This document shows, one piece after another, positions 17,601-26,897 of a stretch of 64,000 nucleotides of DNA; position 1 is the first letter of the stretch; each line of letters starts with the position of its first letter. The notes under the pieces were generated by a model. That model had not been told where the DNA came from. It was given only the letters and a program-made list of their open reading frames with translations, and ran no database searches. A program made the translations under genes and the position numbers. The stretch is from Candidatus Altimarinota bacterium (GTDB taxonomy: Bacteria; Patescibacteriota; Gracilibacteria; UBA1369; GCA-2718715): positions 1 to 64,000 of the forward strand of contig JBESAV010000001.1 of NCBI GenBank assembly GCA_041242255.1. Reading direction: 5' to 3'.

Positions 17601-19704
17601 TAGGCTCTCTCAAAAGCTCTTCATAAGAGCTAACTCCAGCAGTACCAAGCAAATTAGCTTTATCCTCTTCAGAGATGTTATCTAAGTTCCCTAAAACAAT
17701 CTCAGAAGCAAACTTATTATAGTCGATTATCGCAGGATTTTTCTCATCAGACCAAAACTTCTCCATAGCCTTCTCAGGAAGATCCATTCCTTCAATCAAA
17801 AGCTGAGAAGCAAACTCAGGAGAAACAAGATCTGAGTCTATATCCCCTTCTCTATCAGTGGTAAATTCCGCCAACTTCATAACCCCTTCCAAGTATTTAA
17901 CCTTATCTGTCTTTTTTAAAACCAATAACTTTTCAGAGAGTTTACTTAAGGCAACTTGATTGAAAGTATTATAACCTTTCTTTATCTCTTCACTCTGATA
18001 GTGATTCTCATCAATCTCAGCATGCTTTGCTTTGTAATATTCAAAAGCCTCGTCAAAACCATCCATCATATCAAATTGAGCAACCAATTTATCTGTCACT
18101 GTTTTCGAATCAACTACAATTTCACTTTCATCATATTCTCCCATTCTTAAAGCCATATCCAAGAATTCAGCATTTTCAGCTTTTAGCTTCTCAGTTAAAT
18201 TTTTCCTTTCAATCGACCCTTCTGGCAATTTAGAAACAACATTAGCCACCTTATCTAAACGCTTCGATAAACTATTCACAACCATCTGACCAGAGGCTTT
18301 CTCTTCATCATAATTCATATCCCAGTCTTCGGTAGCTTCCATATACTTCTTAGCAAAAGATAAATTAACAAACTCATCCAATTTTCCTTGGTCAGATTTG
18401 TCTAACTTGTCTTTACCTATAAGCTCTTTAACCATCTCTCCACCACCCAGATAATTCTCCCACTCTAACCTAGCATTTACCTCAGCTTTCTTTGTCTCAA
18501 GCAACTTCACGACGTCTTTATTTTCTTCACCAGAAATCTTTTTATCGAGTAATTCCGCAAAATCTCCCAACTCCTCCCTAGACTTACCTTCTACTTTCTC
18601 ATCCAAAACATATTCCAAACCATACGCCCCTACTTCTTCACTTAAACTACTTTCATTTTCAGCTGAAGTGTATTTATCCTCAATAACCTCACCTTGATTG
18701 GCATAATCATCCAATTCCTTAAATTCAATCCTATAATCATCATAAATAATAGCTTTTTCATCTAATCCATCAGAGTTATTCCCAAAAACTAATCTTCCTT
18801 TTTGCCTAGTTAAACTTATCTTGCCACCATCAGTTGAGTAGACGCTAGCTTCATCCTTTATTAATTTATCTACTCCATCTTCACCAAACAACTCGAATAT
18901 ACCAATATACTTAGATACATCATCTAAAACACGTTTCACACCTTCGTCAGATTCTTCAGCAATGTTCTTCACTCTCCTAAAACTAACTACATATCCCTTC
19001 GGAGAATCAACTAAAAACAGTTTTCTATAATTCTCTGAGTTTTTAGAAACATGCTCTCTATATTCTTTAGAAGTCTTAAGAGATAGTAATTCCTTAAATT
19101 GCTCTTTATCCAGACCTAGTTTTTCCATAGATACTGCTCGACCTTGAATTTTCTCAACCAATAAATCATTTAGTTTTGTAATACTCTCTTTAGGAACAAA
19201 CTTAGTTTCATCGTACTTTTCATAAGCAGAAAACACCTTGTCTTCAGCAGTTAAACTCTCCAAAACCAGATTATACTTTTTCGTTAATTCAAACTCCTTT
19301 TCTACAAAGTTATCCTGGAACAAAACTTCAGCACCTTCTTGAAAATCAAATTCAGTCAAATACTCCTTAGCTTCATTTCCAAGACTATTTATATCTCGCA
19401 CTCTTTCATTCAATGCCGACTGCTTTTCTCTTCGAACCTCACTTTCTTTATCGATATATTCTACCAACACTTTAGTCACCTCCGAATCATTTTCTTTTAA
19501 CTGTAAGTCTGAAACTGATTCATCACTTGCACGATAACTCTCTAGCTTTTTTTGAATATCTCTTAACTTCACTAAGGTCTCATCATCAACTTTTTTAGAA
19601 AAATCATCAATTCTAGAGATCAACTCAGTTAAATTCTTACCAGAATCAGAGTCTTTAACTTCTTCTCTTAAATTATCAATTCTTTTAAATCCATTATCCA
19701 TCAT
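14671..19704 (-). CDS. Giant protein: helical N-terminus, Gly/Ala hydrophobic block, C-terminal Shewanella-like metallophosphatase
   Basis: 1677-aa ORF; PDVHGD, GDLIDRG, GNHE, VHAGL, VVGHS, DASM in the last ~310 aa; Ala/Gly-rich hydrophobic stretch at ~16720-17290. Confidence 0.85.
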   Translation of the reverse strand: MMDNGFKRIDNLREEVKDSDSGKNLTELISRIDDFSKKVDDETLVKLRDIQKKLESYRASDESVSDLQLKENDSEVTKVLVEYIDKESEVRREKQSALNERVRDINSLGNEAKEYLTEFDFQEGAEVLFQDNFVEKEFELTKKYNLVLESLTAEDKVFSAYEKYDETKFVPKESITKLNDLLVEKIQGRAVSMEKLGLDKEQFKELLSLKTSKEYREHVSKNSENYRKLFLVDSPKGYVVSFRRVKNIAEESDEGVKRVLDDVSKYIGIFELFGEDGVDKLIKDEASVYSTDGGKISLTRQKGRLVFGNNSDGLDEKAIIYDDYRIEFKELDDYANQGEVIEDKYTSAENESSLSEEVGAYGLEYVLDEKVEGKSREELGDFAELLDKKISGEENKDVVKLLETKKAEVNARLEWENYLGGGEMVKELIGKDKLDKSDQGKLDEFVNLSFAKKYMEATEDWDMNYDEEKASGQMVVNSLSKRLDKVANVVSKLPEGSIERKNLTEKLKAENAEFLDMALRMGEYDESEIVVDSKTVTDKLVAQFDMMDGFDEAFEYYKAKHAEIDENHYQSEEIKKGYNTFNQVALSKLSEKLLVLKKTDKVKYLEGVMKLAEFTTDREGDIDSDLVSPEFASQLLIEGMDLPEKAMEKFWSDEKNPAIIDYNKFASEIVLGNLDNISEEDKANLLGTAGVSSYEELLREPKTIQEYSKRYMSLRVIRDMSKGFPIPDLSKPNRYSGALQNKIKDFGSFATKKMTKYLESASGVESLTTYFGIGDDPNTKKMALLLADIQGLGTFDISDRSWMTVQLGGKIVTLIGVAIGSYAAAAAGIAASPFTLGSSAAAGGTAFSAGTVAAAGASAAASTMVSHAMFGKGYDNNYELVKGAGTEFGVNMLGAGAGAGMANLGRVAVASRMGMGAKEAITKGLTGADELAVAYSQMGNFSKGFYYSLALAGDVTVGAALDAAGKQITSKDADYAKDVAQGLSDPLAWVMPISGSGMNVVSKMIPGAKNVNAEEVRFDASELPLEDAVALNNLKEDILSTTDSSSRREKLEVYVDKFRSSVESGKIKMRNVGENLSRQREVLIDNGKNIIESLAGMKSQLKDMIAKKIEARKENGEVNDLAKSDDSPEARVLALLEEIDLDNLPRRKDGEVYNSEVSLKTEAQTEALGNVVRLREYLSNVSGETGGKFKALSDRVKNYFASEVRLGDRLDAYKERSDQSFRKLVDDVKESVEKYKVAGREAKERVVQGIRDRIESYKSKRENAQNLKAAKMLEEDLLSSIGKPEDLVVDFDQLQTGDVVKIVRSNGEVDGGWIIQDGSVETGVLKVIKYLPDGNIARKEIDVYSYRGLEISRNPRGLEFNEVPRQREVITIPDVHGDHDAMINALRSMDVIDANNNWSGGNKRIQFIGDLIDRGGQDKEVFDTIIKLSNQAKESGGHIDVMIGNHELFLFDVLYGSGDSAKRSFSSHLRNGGVEFYQSLGIKEYGSMDAIKRFFFHEKPEYLEFLRSMKAMEQVDDVLYVHAGLPPKWADMFGDYGVDAINQKFWEDCKSGDLTEWTAVGSDRGGDVSLSDVSPLWADFDNLNQYTDAQVAQIAENLKARGVNVVVVGHSRSEFVEMNQRFEEYGIKFINTDASMTRGYGGTSTEGGLRIGAGENAEVTYADQDGGGRSFDDMIRE

Positions 19705-19895
19705 AATTCATCAATTAATTCAGCTATTCGAGCCTCATCTCCACCCTGACTCAGCATTTCATTCTCTAGGTCATTCAAATGTCTTTGCTTAGCAGAAAAA
19801 TCGTTTACAATATCAAATTTCTCAACAACTCCACCTATGGAGCTAGAAGCTTCATTACACTCACTCAAAGTAGACTCCAATAAATCTTTTTCCAC
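19701..19895 (-). CDS. Small acidic helical protein, or frameshifted N-terminus of the giant protein
   Basis: 64-aa ORF (GTG start) whose TGA overlaps the ATG of the giant ORF (ATGA); similar E/D/L-rich composition. Confidence 0.6.
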   Translation of the reverse strand: MEKDLLESTLSECNEASSSIGGVVEKFDIVNDFSAKQRHLNDLENEMLSQGGDEARIAELIDEL

Positions 19896-20026
19896 AATTT
19901 ATTTTAAATCTAACAATTATACACCAAAACAAGACTTTCCTCAAACCAGCAAGCCAACATCATATACTACTCAACACCTCAAACTTGACAAAAGCAAAAC
20001 AAAACTTATCATTCGCAAAAATAGAT

Positions 20027-20368
20027 ATGATCTCAAAACCAAATTCCCCAAAAAAAATCCCAACTCAAAAACCTAAAAACTACCTCTTATTATTGAACAT
20101 ATACTTTTTTCTAACAGCCTGCACCCCAACAGCAAACCTAAACCCCAGATCAGAAAAAGCCAACCAGATAAACACTCATGACCTCCACACAATAGAGTCT
20201 CAAGAAAAGGCCATTAACAAACTCTTCCTCCTTTTCAGAGAAGAATGCAAAAGCCAAAACCCATCACAAGAAACTCTCCACACCATAAGACTAAACCTCC
20301 AAAAAGTCTTTCAAGAAATAAAATCCCAAAACCAAGAGGCAGTCACCCACCTCCCAATTTGCAAATAA
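20027..20368 (+). CDS. Hypothetical lipoprotein
   Basis: LLLLNIYFFLTAC lipobox; the track's TTG start at 19985 is part of a TTGACA -35 hexamer (TATCAT at 20007), so ATG 20027 is preferred. Confidence 0.6.
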   Translation: MISKPNSPKKIPTQKPKNYLLLLNIYFFLTACTPTANLNPRSEKANQINTHDLHTIESQEKAINKLFLLFREECKSQNPSQETLHTIRLNLQKVFQEIKSQNQEAVTHLPICK

Positions 20369-21082
20369 CTAAAGAGGCACTTCAATTAGCAAAACTTTAG
20401 CCCCTCCTTCAAGAACTTTAAATTCTACTTTTTCAACTTCTGATATTTCAACCGCATCTCGCCTATTCAAAGTCAATTCATCCATCTCAATCTCTCCCTC
20501 AAGCACAAAAACAAAGAGACCATTCTCTTTATCGTTCAATGTATAATCCAACGACTCCCCTCCTTTCAAATACCCATAACTAAACCAAGTATCCTGATGT
20601 ACTTTCACAACATCATCCTCAGCCCACTCAGGCGCAACCACTAATCCAAACTCAGATTCATTTTCCAAAAAATCAAACTTTCTCTGATCATACCTTGGCT
20701 TAATTCCTCTATCTCTAGTCTCAACCCAAATCTGGATCAAACGCACTGACTCATCATCAGATGCATTTTCTTCAGAATGAAAAACACCAGTACCAGCACT
20801 CATCGCTTGTACTTCTCCAGCTTTTATAACCGACTCATTACCTATCGAATCCCTATGTTTCAAAGCTCCATCCAAGACAATTGTCACAATCTCCATATTA
20901 TCATGCTGATGATAATCAAAACCTTTACCAGCTGCAATTGTATCATCATTCACAACTCTCAAAGCTCCAAACCCCATTCTACTTGGATCATAATACCTCC
21001 CAAAACTATATGTATAATAGGTACTTAACCAATCAGGATTCACATGCCCACGACTATCTGCCTCTATCAAATTAATTTTCAT
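20369..21082 (-). CDS. Pirin family protein (YhhW-like)
   Basis: YSFGRYYDP.RMGFGALRVVNDD, HQHDNMEI, HRDSIGN, MSAGTGVFHSE. Confidence 0.95.
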   Translation of the reverse strand: MKINLIEADSRGHVNPDWLSTYYTYSFGRYYDPSRMGFGALRVVNDDTIAAGKGFDYHQHDNMEIVTIVLDGALKHRDSIGNESVIKAGEVQAMSAGTGVFHSEENASDDESVRLIQIWVETRDRGIKPRYDQRKFDFLENESEFGLVVAPEWAEDDVVKVHQDTWFSYGYLKGGESLDYTLNDKENGLFVFVLEGEIEMDELTLNRRDAVEISEVEKVEFKVLEGGAKVLLIEVPL

Positions 21083-21087
21083 TTTTT

Positions 21088-21954
21088 TTAATTATATGTA
21101 CTTATAAACCCCATAAAATCCTCACTATCCACAAACTCCTGCAATTCCGGCACAAGTGTTTCAAACCACTTCTTATCAACATTCAAAACTGCCAAATAAG
21201 GCAAAAGAGTAGAAAACTCAAGTCTTCGGTCTTTTTCATCAATCCTAGTCAAAAGCTCCTGCCTAAACTTCTCTCTATCCTTTTCAGCAGTTTTTAAATA
21301 GTCTCTAAATCCAGCTAACCTCCTATACAAATCTTTCCCTTTTTCAGTCCGAACTGGAGTAGTCACACATAAAAGCAAGCCTAAAAAAGGCATAACCCCA
21401 AACACAATAATTCTACCAATTCCATCAAATTCTTCAAAACCTGGCAAATATCTAAAAGCCAATAAATACACTAAAAAAGCCAAAACCAAAGGTACAACCA
21501 CCCACACCTTATTAAATTTTTTCAAGTAACCTCTCGCCAACAAGTCCTCACGAAACTTCATAGTCAATCCCAGCAGCAAAACATTATAATTCTTCAACAT
21601 GTGATTCATACTCACCTCTTTACGCTCTCGAAAAAAACTACTCCAGACAAGTTCATTAATTTCATTCAAATCATTTGGCTTACTCACAACCTTAACCTTT
21701 ACATCTCCATCTCTTTTATCAATCTCTAAATTGCCCTTCAAAACAAACTCCATCAACCAACCCAAAACATCCTTAAACATGATCTTATTATCATAAAAAT
21801 AACCAACCTCAAGCACATTAAGATCATCAGGAGCATCAAAAGAAATCACAACAGTATCACTTTTACTATCTCTAAAATCTCGATATTTTAGATACAAAGT
21901 TGGCACCAAAACCATCAGAACCAAGCTTCCCAAAAAGTAATAAATTTCCATCAA
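21088..21954 (-). CDS. DUF2207-like membrane protein, C-terminal-half paralog
   Basis: PDDLNVLEVG, RTEKG..LYRRLAGFRDYLKTAEKDR, LLPYLAV match the C-half of the upstream DUF2207 protein. Confidence 0.8.
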   Translation of the reverse strand: MMEIYYFLGSLVLMVLVPTLYLKYRDFRDSKSDTVVISFDAPDDLNVLEVGYFYDNKIMFKDVLGWLMEFVLKGNLEIDKRDGDVKVKVVSKPNDLNEINELVWSSFFRERKEVSMNHMLKNYNVLLLGLTMKFREDLLARGYLKKFNKVWVVVPLVLAFLVYLLAFRYLPGFEEFDGIGRIIVFGVMPFLGLLLCVTTPVRTEKGKDLYRRLAGFRDYLKTAEKDREKFRQELLTRIDEKDRRLEFSTLLPYLAVLNVDKKWFETLVPELQEFVDSEDFMGFISTYN

Positions 21955-21966
21955 ATTAATTTAAAT

Positions 21967-23802
21967 CTACCAACTACTTCCACCACCACCACCAAATCCT
22001 CCACCTGAAAAGCCACCACTACTAAAAGATCCTCCAGAAGAAGATGAGGAAGGCGAAACAGAAGCAGCTTTCATTCCACTACTCATATCATTCAAGCTAT
22101 TTCCAAAACTTCTCATATTGAAGTCATTACCACCTGCATACCAAACCGGACTATAATCAACCAAAATCCCATCAAATAAATCCGCCCATCTATCCCCCAT
22201 TCCAAAAGCCACAGCATATGGAAGCAACCTTTCAAATGTCACAATTTGCTCATCTTTTGTCATTTGATCCTTTATCTCTTGAAAAAATTTCACTCTATCT
22301 TTTTCAGCCACATCTATAAACTCCTTAAAACCAAGAATGTGTGCGTGCACCTCCATACCATGTTTGGTCTTTTTAGACATAAACGGAGCAATCATTAATA
22401 ACCCCAATCCAAGCGGCAATAAAATTGGCAAAAGATACCAAGTTTGAGTGATCCCAGACCCCCATATAGCTAAAAATGCCGCAGTAAACCCAAGACCCAA
22501 AAACTTAGTCTTAACCTCGTTAGGATTCTCCTTATAGTAACCTTGATCAACTAAATAATCATATAATTTACGACTAACCGACCCTACAGTAATATAAAAA
22601 GTTCCAACCAAATCTTTACTAGAAACCTTATCTTTGGACGAACCAAACAAACCTTTTAGAAGAGCCTTCTCAAAACCTTCCAGGCTATTATCTCCTTTAA
22701 AATCCTTCAACTTAACAAACTCAAAACTTGTTTTCCCAAACCATCCTTTCTTCTCAACTTCCTTTATTTGAATATAACCTCTCACAGCTAAATCCATTAT
22801 CCCAGCAGTAATATCTTCATTGTTTACCTTTTCATCAACCAAAGCCCCTACTTCCATCGCATTCAGCTCAGGGTTTAGTTTATAAGTAGGTATAACAATT
22901 TTCTTATCCAAATCTTTACCGTGCTTCCTCCAATACAGAATACACATCAGAAAGATCACTATTGGCATCAAAAAAAAAAGTTGCTGCCATTTATACAACC
23001 AAGACCTCCAAGTCATTTTTGGTGTTATCACACCACCCCCAAAAGCAACTCCAAGAGTAACTCCCTCTTGATATCCAAGATTCTGACCTTCAATTGTCAT
23101 AATCCCATTTTCAAACACATAATCACACTCTTCATTTGACCCCAAACCACCTGAGAAACATGCAAAATCTAAAACTTCCGATTCTTCATAATTCGATAAA
23201 TCAAACCTAACTTTATACCGACCAATCGGCGACTCACTCCACTCAGTTCCGATTGCATTCCAATACAACTCATCTCTCAAAGATCCATTCTCAGACTGTA
23301 ATGCTCCAAGCTCTTCCATATTTTCATTAAATGAATTCAAAGCATTCTCAACCTCATAACTAATCACATATTCTAAGGGCTCACTCCAATAAACATTTTC
23401 ATTCCCAATCCTAATCTTCACATCTCCACCTTCCTTAAAGTCTTTATACTCCCAATCATTCCCGTCAAAATCTTCAACACCCAAAACCTTTATAGGTGTT
23501 ACACGATTAACACCCTCAAAAAGATCAACATACCTATACGGAATCTCACGAATTATCCCACGACGCGAAGTACTAGAAAAATCTGCCACAATTCTCTCTT
23601 CTACGTCTAAAATTCCATCTTTCCCAAGGTATAGATCTATCTCATACTCAGGGATGTACCAGACATAACCAGGGTAATCATCTCTCACATTTGCATCAAC
23701 AGACAATGAATTACCCAAAACAGAGACTATACAGATAGTCCCTATTCCTAAAACTTTTAAAAACTTACTTACAAATTCCAATTTACTTAGTGTTAAAATC
23801 AA
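21967..23802 (-). CDS. DUF2207 family membrane protein (YciQ-like)
   Basis: RGIIREIP, ELYWNAIGTEW, LLPYAVAFG, Gly/Ser tail ending GGGGGSSW; exact start uncertain. Confidence 0.92.
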   Translation of the reverse strand: MILTLSKLEFVSKFLKVLGIGTICIVSVLGNSLSVDANVRDDYPGYVWYIPEYEIDLYLGKDGILDVEERIVADFSSTSRRGIIREIPYRYVDLFEGVNRVTPIKVLGVEDFDGNDWEYKDFKEGGDVKIRIGNENVYWSEPLEYVISYEVENALNSFNENMEELGALQSENGSLRDELYWNAIGTEWSESPIGRYKVRFDLSNYEESEVLDFACFSGGLGSNEECDYVFENGIMTIEGQNLGYQEGVTLGVAFGGGVITPKMTWRSWLYKWQQLFFLMPIVIFLMCILYWRKHGKDLDKKIVIPTYKLNPELNAMEVGALVDEKVNNEDITAGIMDLAVRGYIQIKEVEKKGWFGKTSFEFVKLKDFKGDNSLEGFEKALLKGLFGSSKDKVSSKDLVGTFYITVGSVSRKLYDYLVDQGYYKENPNEVKTKFLGLGFTAAFLAIWGSGITQTWYLLPILLPLGLGLLMIAPFMSKKTKHGMEVHAHILGFKEFIDVAEKDRVKFFQEIKDQMTKDEQIVTFERLLPYAVAFGMGDRWADLFDGILVDYSPVWYAGGNDFNMRSFGNSLNDMSSGMKAASVSPSSSSSGGSFSSGGFSGGGFGGGGGSSW

Positions 23803-24346
23803 CTTTTACATTCTCTCTCTGAGCTTCTTCAATCTCGAAGAATTCTCTCTTCTCAAAATTAAACATTCCAGCTATCACGCTACCCGGAAATACAGCAATC
23901 GCAGTATTATAATCTCTAACCGAACCATTATAGTAACGTCTAGACAACTGAATATGCTCCTCCACCTCTGTTAAAGTATTTTGAAGTTCGATAAAGTTAG
24001 TATTCGCCTTCAAGTCTGGATAACTTTCAGCTAGAGCAAAAATAGACTTCAATGCTCCAGTAAGCATATTTTCAGCTTCAGCTTGCTTAGCTGCATCTCC
24101 ATTAGTCGACATCGCCATGTTACGAGCTTTCACAACATTCTCCAGTGTATCAGCTTCATGCTTCGCGTATCCTTTTACAGTCTCTACAAGATTTGGAATC
24201 AAGTCATACCTTCTTTTAAGCTGAGTATCGATATCTGACCAAGCTTCATCAACTTTAATCCTTAACTTCACAAACGAGTTATACAAACCAACTACCCCAA
24301 GAGCAATCAGTAAAATCAATCCAACTAATCCACCTATCAAATACAT
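23783..24346 (-). CDS. lemA: LemA family protein
   Basis: AWSDIDTQLKRRYDLIPNLVETVKGYA.HE, AESYPDLKA, RRYYN. Confidence 0.97.
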   Translation of the reverse strand: MYLIGGLVGLILLIALGVVGLYNSFVKLRIKVDEAWSDIDTQLKRRYDLIPNLVETVKGYAKHEADTLENVVKARNMAMSTNGDAAKQAEAENMLTGALKSIFALAESYPDLKANTNFIELQNTLTEVEEHIQLSRRYYNGSVRDYNTAIAVFPGSVIAGMFNFEKREFFEIEEAQRENVKVDFNTK

Positions 24347-24468
24347 ACCATAACATTAAATTTCTGATCAAAGGATACATTAAGTCAAAACCTTTCTGCA
24401 ATCACAATTATACAATCACAATATTTTTCATTAGAATGCCAACATATTCTATTTTAACTAGTCAACAC

Positions 24469-24726
24469 ATGACCAAAAATTTCATCCTGGTTACCCTAGC
24501 TGGAATTTTTATCATCTACGGTTGTAGCCAGAAAGCACAACTAAAAGATCAAGAAGTTACCTACAACGGAGAATCCTTCGCTATCTTTGATACAGTTGAC
24601 CAAGTCAAATGTACAAACTCAGGAGGAAAAGCAGAAAACGGCATCTGCCACTGCCCTTCAAACCACATCCAAGACGACAACAACTTCTGCTCAATCCCAG
24701 ACAACCAGCTCACATCACAACTATAA
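24469..24726 (+). CDS. Small lipoprotein with a Cys-rich C-terminal module
   Basis: MTKNFILVTLAGIFIIYGC lipobox; CTNSGG...ICHCP...NFC. Confidence 0.7.
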   Translation: MTKNFILVTLAGIFIIYGCSQKAQLKDQEVTYNGESFAIFDTVDQVKCTNSGGKAENGICHCPSNHIQDDNNFCSIPDNQLTSQL

Positions 24727-24729
24727 AAC

Positions 24730-24761
24730 AAAAGCCACTACCCATTGAGTAGTGGCTTTTT
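24730..24761. terminator. Bidirectional intrinsic terminator
   Basis: AAAAGCCACTAC-loop-GTAGTGGCTTTTT between convergent genes. Confidence 0.85.
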
Positions 24762-24780
24762 AGTAATTCTCCAAGCAAAC

Positions 24781-26760
24781 CTACACCTTCCACTTCTCTT
24801 TAAGCACAGCAATCTCATCCCTTAGGTCAGCAGCTTTTTCAAACTCCATATTCATAGAAGCCAAAGACATCTGATCTTCAAGCTCTTTCAATAACCTATT
24901 TCTCTCATCCACAGGAATAGCTTTATTTTCATATTTTTTGATTCTTTTCTTATCTTCAGATCTAGAAGTCTGAGCAATATCTTTAATAGCCTTCTTAATT
25001 GTCTCAGGAGTGATTCCATGTTTTTCATTGTAAGCCATCTGCAACTCTCTACGACGAGCAGTCTCATCGATCGCCACTTGCATAGCTTCGGTTATCTCAT
25101 CAGCGTACATATTCACGTGACCATTCACATTACGAGCCGCACGTCCAATTGTCTGGATCAATGCTGATTCAGATCTCAAGAAACCTCTCTTGTCCGCATC
25201 CAAAATACCCACAAACGAAACTTCAGGAAGATCCAATCCTTCACGAAGAAGGTTAATACCAATAATACATTCAATTTTTCCTTCCCTTAATTCCCTCAAG
25301 ATATCAATCCTTTCAATCGCATCAATATCCGAATGTAAATATTTTACTCTCACCCCTTGCTCTCTCATATAATCAGTAAGTGATTCAGACATCTTCTTAG
25401 TAAGGGTAGTGATCAAACACCTCTCACCTTTAGCCGTAATCTCCTTCACTTTCTTAGTCACATCCCCAAGCTGACCTCTCGTCGGCAACACTTCAATAGT
25501 CGGATCCAAAAGCCCGGTAGGACGAATCACTTGCTCAGCCCAACAGTCTTTCTCAGTATTAGCCTTTTCATATTTACCTGGAGTAGCCGATACAAACACA
25601 GCTTGCCTCATATGCCCTTCAAACTCATCAAAATTCAACGGTCTATTATCCAAAGCCGAAGGCAATCTAAACCCGTGCTCAATCAAAGTCTGCTTCCTAG
25701 ACAAATTCCCAGCATACATCCCACCAAACTGAGGGATTGTTATATGCGACTCATCTACAAACATCAAGAAATCATCAGGAAAATAATCCAATAAAGTAGC
25801 CGGCTGAGCACCTGGCTCACGTAGATTCAAGTACCTAGTATAATTTTCAATTCCAGGACAATACCCAGTCTCTAAAAGAATCTCCAAATCATACTCAGTT
25901 TTAGTTTTCAATCTATAAGCTTCCAATTGTTTACCCATAGCCACCAAAGCCGAATGCCGCTCTTCTAAGTCTGCTCTGATTTGAGCTGCAGCTGCTTCAA
26001 TCTTCTCTTGTGTAGTCACGTTATGCTTTGCCGGGAAAACTTTTATCTCTTCATATTCATTCAAGAGTTCACCAGTGAAAGAATCAACTTCAGTAATTCG
26101 ATCAATCTCATCTCCAAAAAATTCAACAATATATATATTATCGGAAGAAGGTGGGAAAATCTCAACCACATCCCCCATCACTTTAAACATACCTTGCTTA
26201 AACTCTCCTTGAGAACGCACAAACTGCATATCTGTAAGATGTCTCAAAACTTTATCACGAAGCCTCACCTCCCCTACTTTCAAGTCTAAACTGATCTCAT
26301 TATAATCCTCCACAGAACCAAGCCCATATATACAACTCACCGTCGCCACAATTATAACATCCCTTCTAGTCAAAAGATTAACCGTTGCAGCATGACGGAA
26401 CTTATTGATCTCTTCATTTATCGATGCATCCTTCTCTATATATGTATCTGTTGATGCTACATAAGCTTCAGGCTGATAGTAATCATAGTAAGAAACAAAA
26501 TAATGAACTGCATTTTCAGGAAAAAACTCCTGAAACTCAGAGCAAAGCTGGGCCGCAAGAGTCTTATTGTGAGCCAAAACCAATGTTGGTCTTTGAGTTT
26601 CCTGAATCACATTGGCCATTGTAAAAGTTTTACCTGTACCAGTTGCCCCAAGCAAAGTTGTATATCTTTTACCATTATCAATACAATCTAAAATCTTCTT
26701 TATCGCCTTAGGCTGATCACCTTTCGGTGTGTACTTTGAATGCAACTTAAACTCCTTCAT
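24781..26760 (-). CDS. uvrB: Excinuclease ABC subunit B
   Basis: PKGDQP, LGATGTGKT, FVSYYDYYQPEAY, DESH, INLLREGLD, C-terminal UVR domain; start placed at MKEFKL. Confidence 0.99.
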   Translation of the reverse strand: MKEFKLHSKYTPKGDQPKAIKKILDCIDNGKRYTTLLGATGTGKTFTMANVIQETQRPTLVLAHNKTLAAQLCSEFQEFFPENAVHYFVSYYDYYQPEAYVASTDTYIEKDASINEEINKFRHAATVNLLTRRDVIIVATVSCIYGLGSVEDYNEISLDLKVGEVRLRDKVLRHLTDMQFVRSQGEFKQGMFKVMGDVVEIFPPSSDNIYIVEFFGDEIDRITEVDSFTGELLNEYEEIKVFPAKHNVTTQEKIEAAAAQIRADLEERHSALVAMGKQLEAYRLKTKTEYDLEILLETGYCPGIENYTRYLNLREPGAQPATLLDYFPDDFLMFVDESHITIPQFGGMYAGNLSRKQTLIEHGFRLPSALDNRPLNFDEFEGHMRQAVFVSATPGKYEKANTEKDCWAEQVIRPTGLLDPTIEVLPTRGQLGDVTKKVKEITAKGERCLITTLTKKMSESLTDYMREQGVRVKYLHSDIDAIERIDILRELREGKIECIIGINLLREGLDLPEVSFVGILDADKRGFLRSESALIQTIGRAARNVNGHVNMYADEITEAMQVAIDETARRRELQMAYNEKHGITPETIKKAIKDIAQTSRSEDKKRIKKYENKAIPVDERNRLLKELEDQMSLASMNMEFEKAADLRDEIAVLKEKWKV

Positions 26761-26897
26761 AACCAAATTTATATCGCATAATACTCTACAAGAAGCCAAA
26801 AAATTTGCAAGCCAAGTCCATCAAATCAAGTTTATTTACCAAAATTCGACAAAACCTAGCTTCCAACCTACAATCCAAACATAAAATAAATCTACAT

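Noticed and set aside
26761-26897. Extended N-termini of uvrB and the inositol monophosphatase in the ORF track
   Set aside because: The extensions are non-conserved and fill the divergent promoter region; the downstream ATGs match family starts
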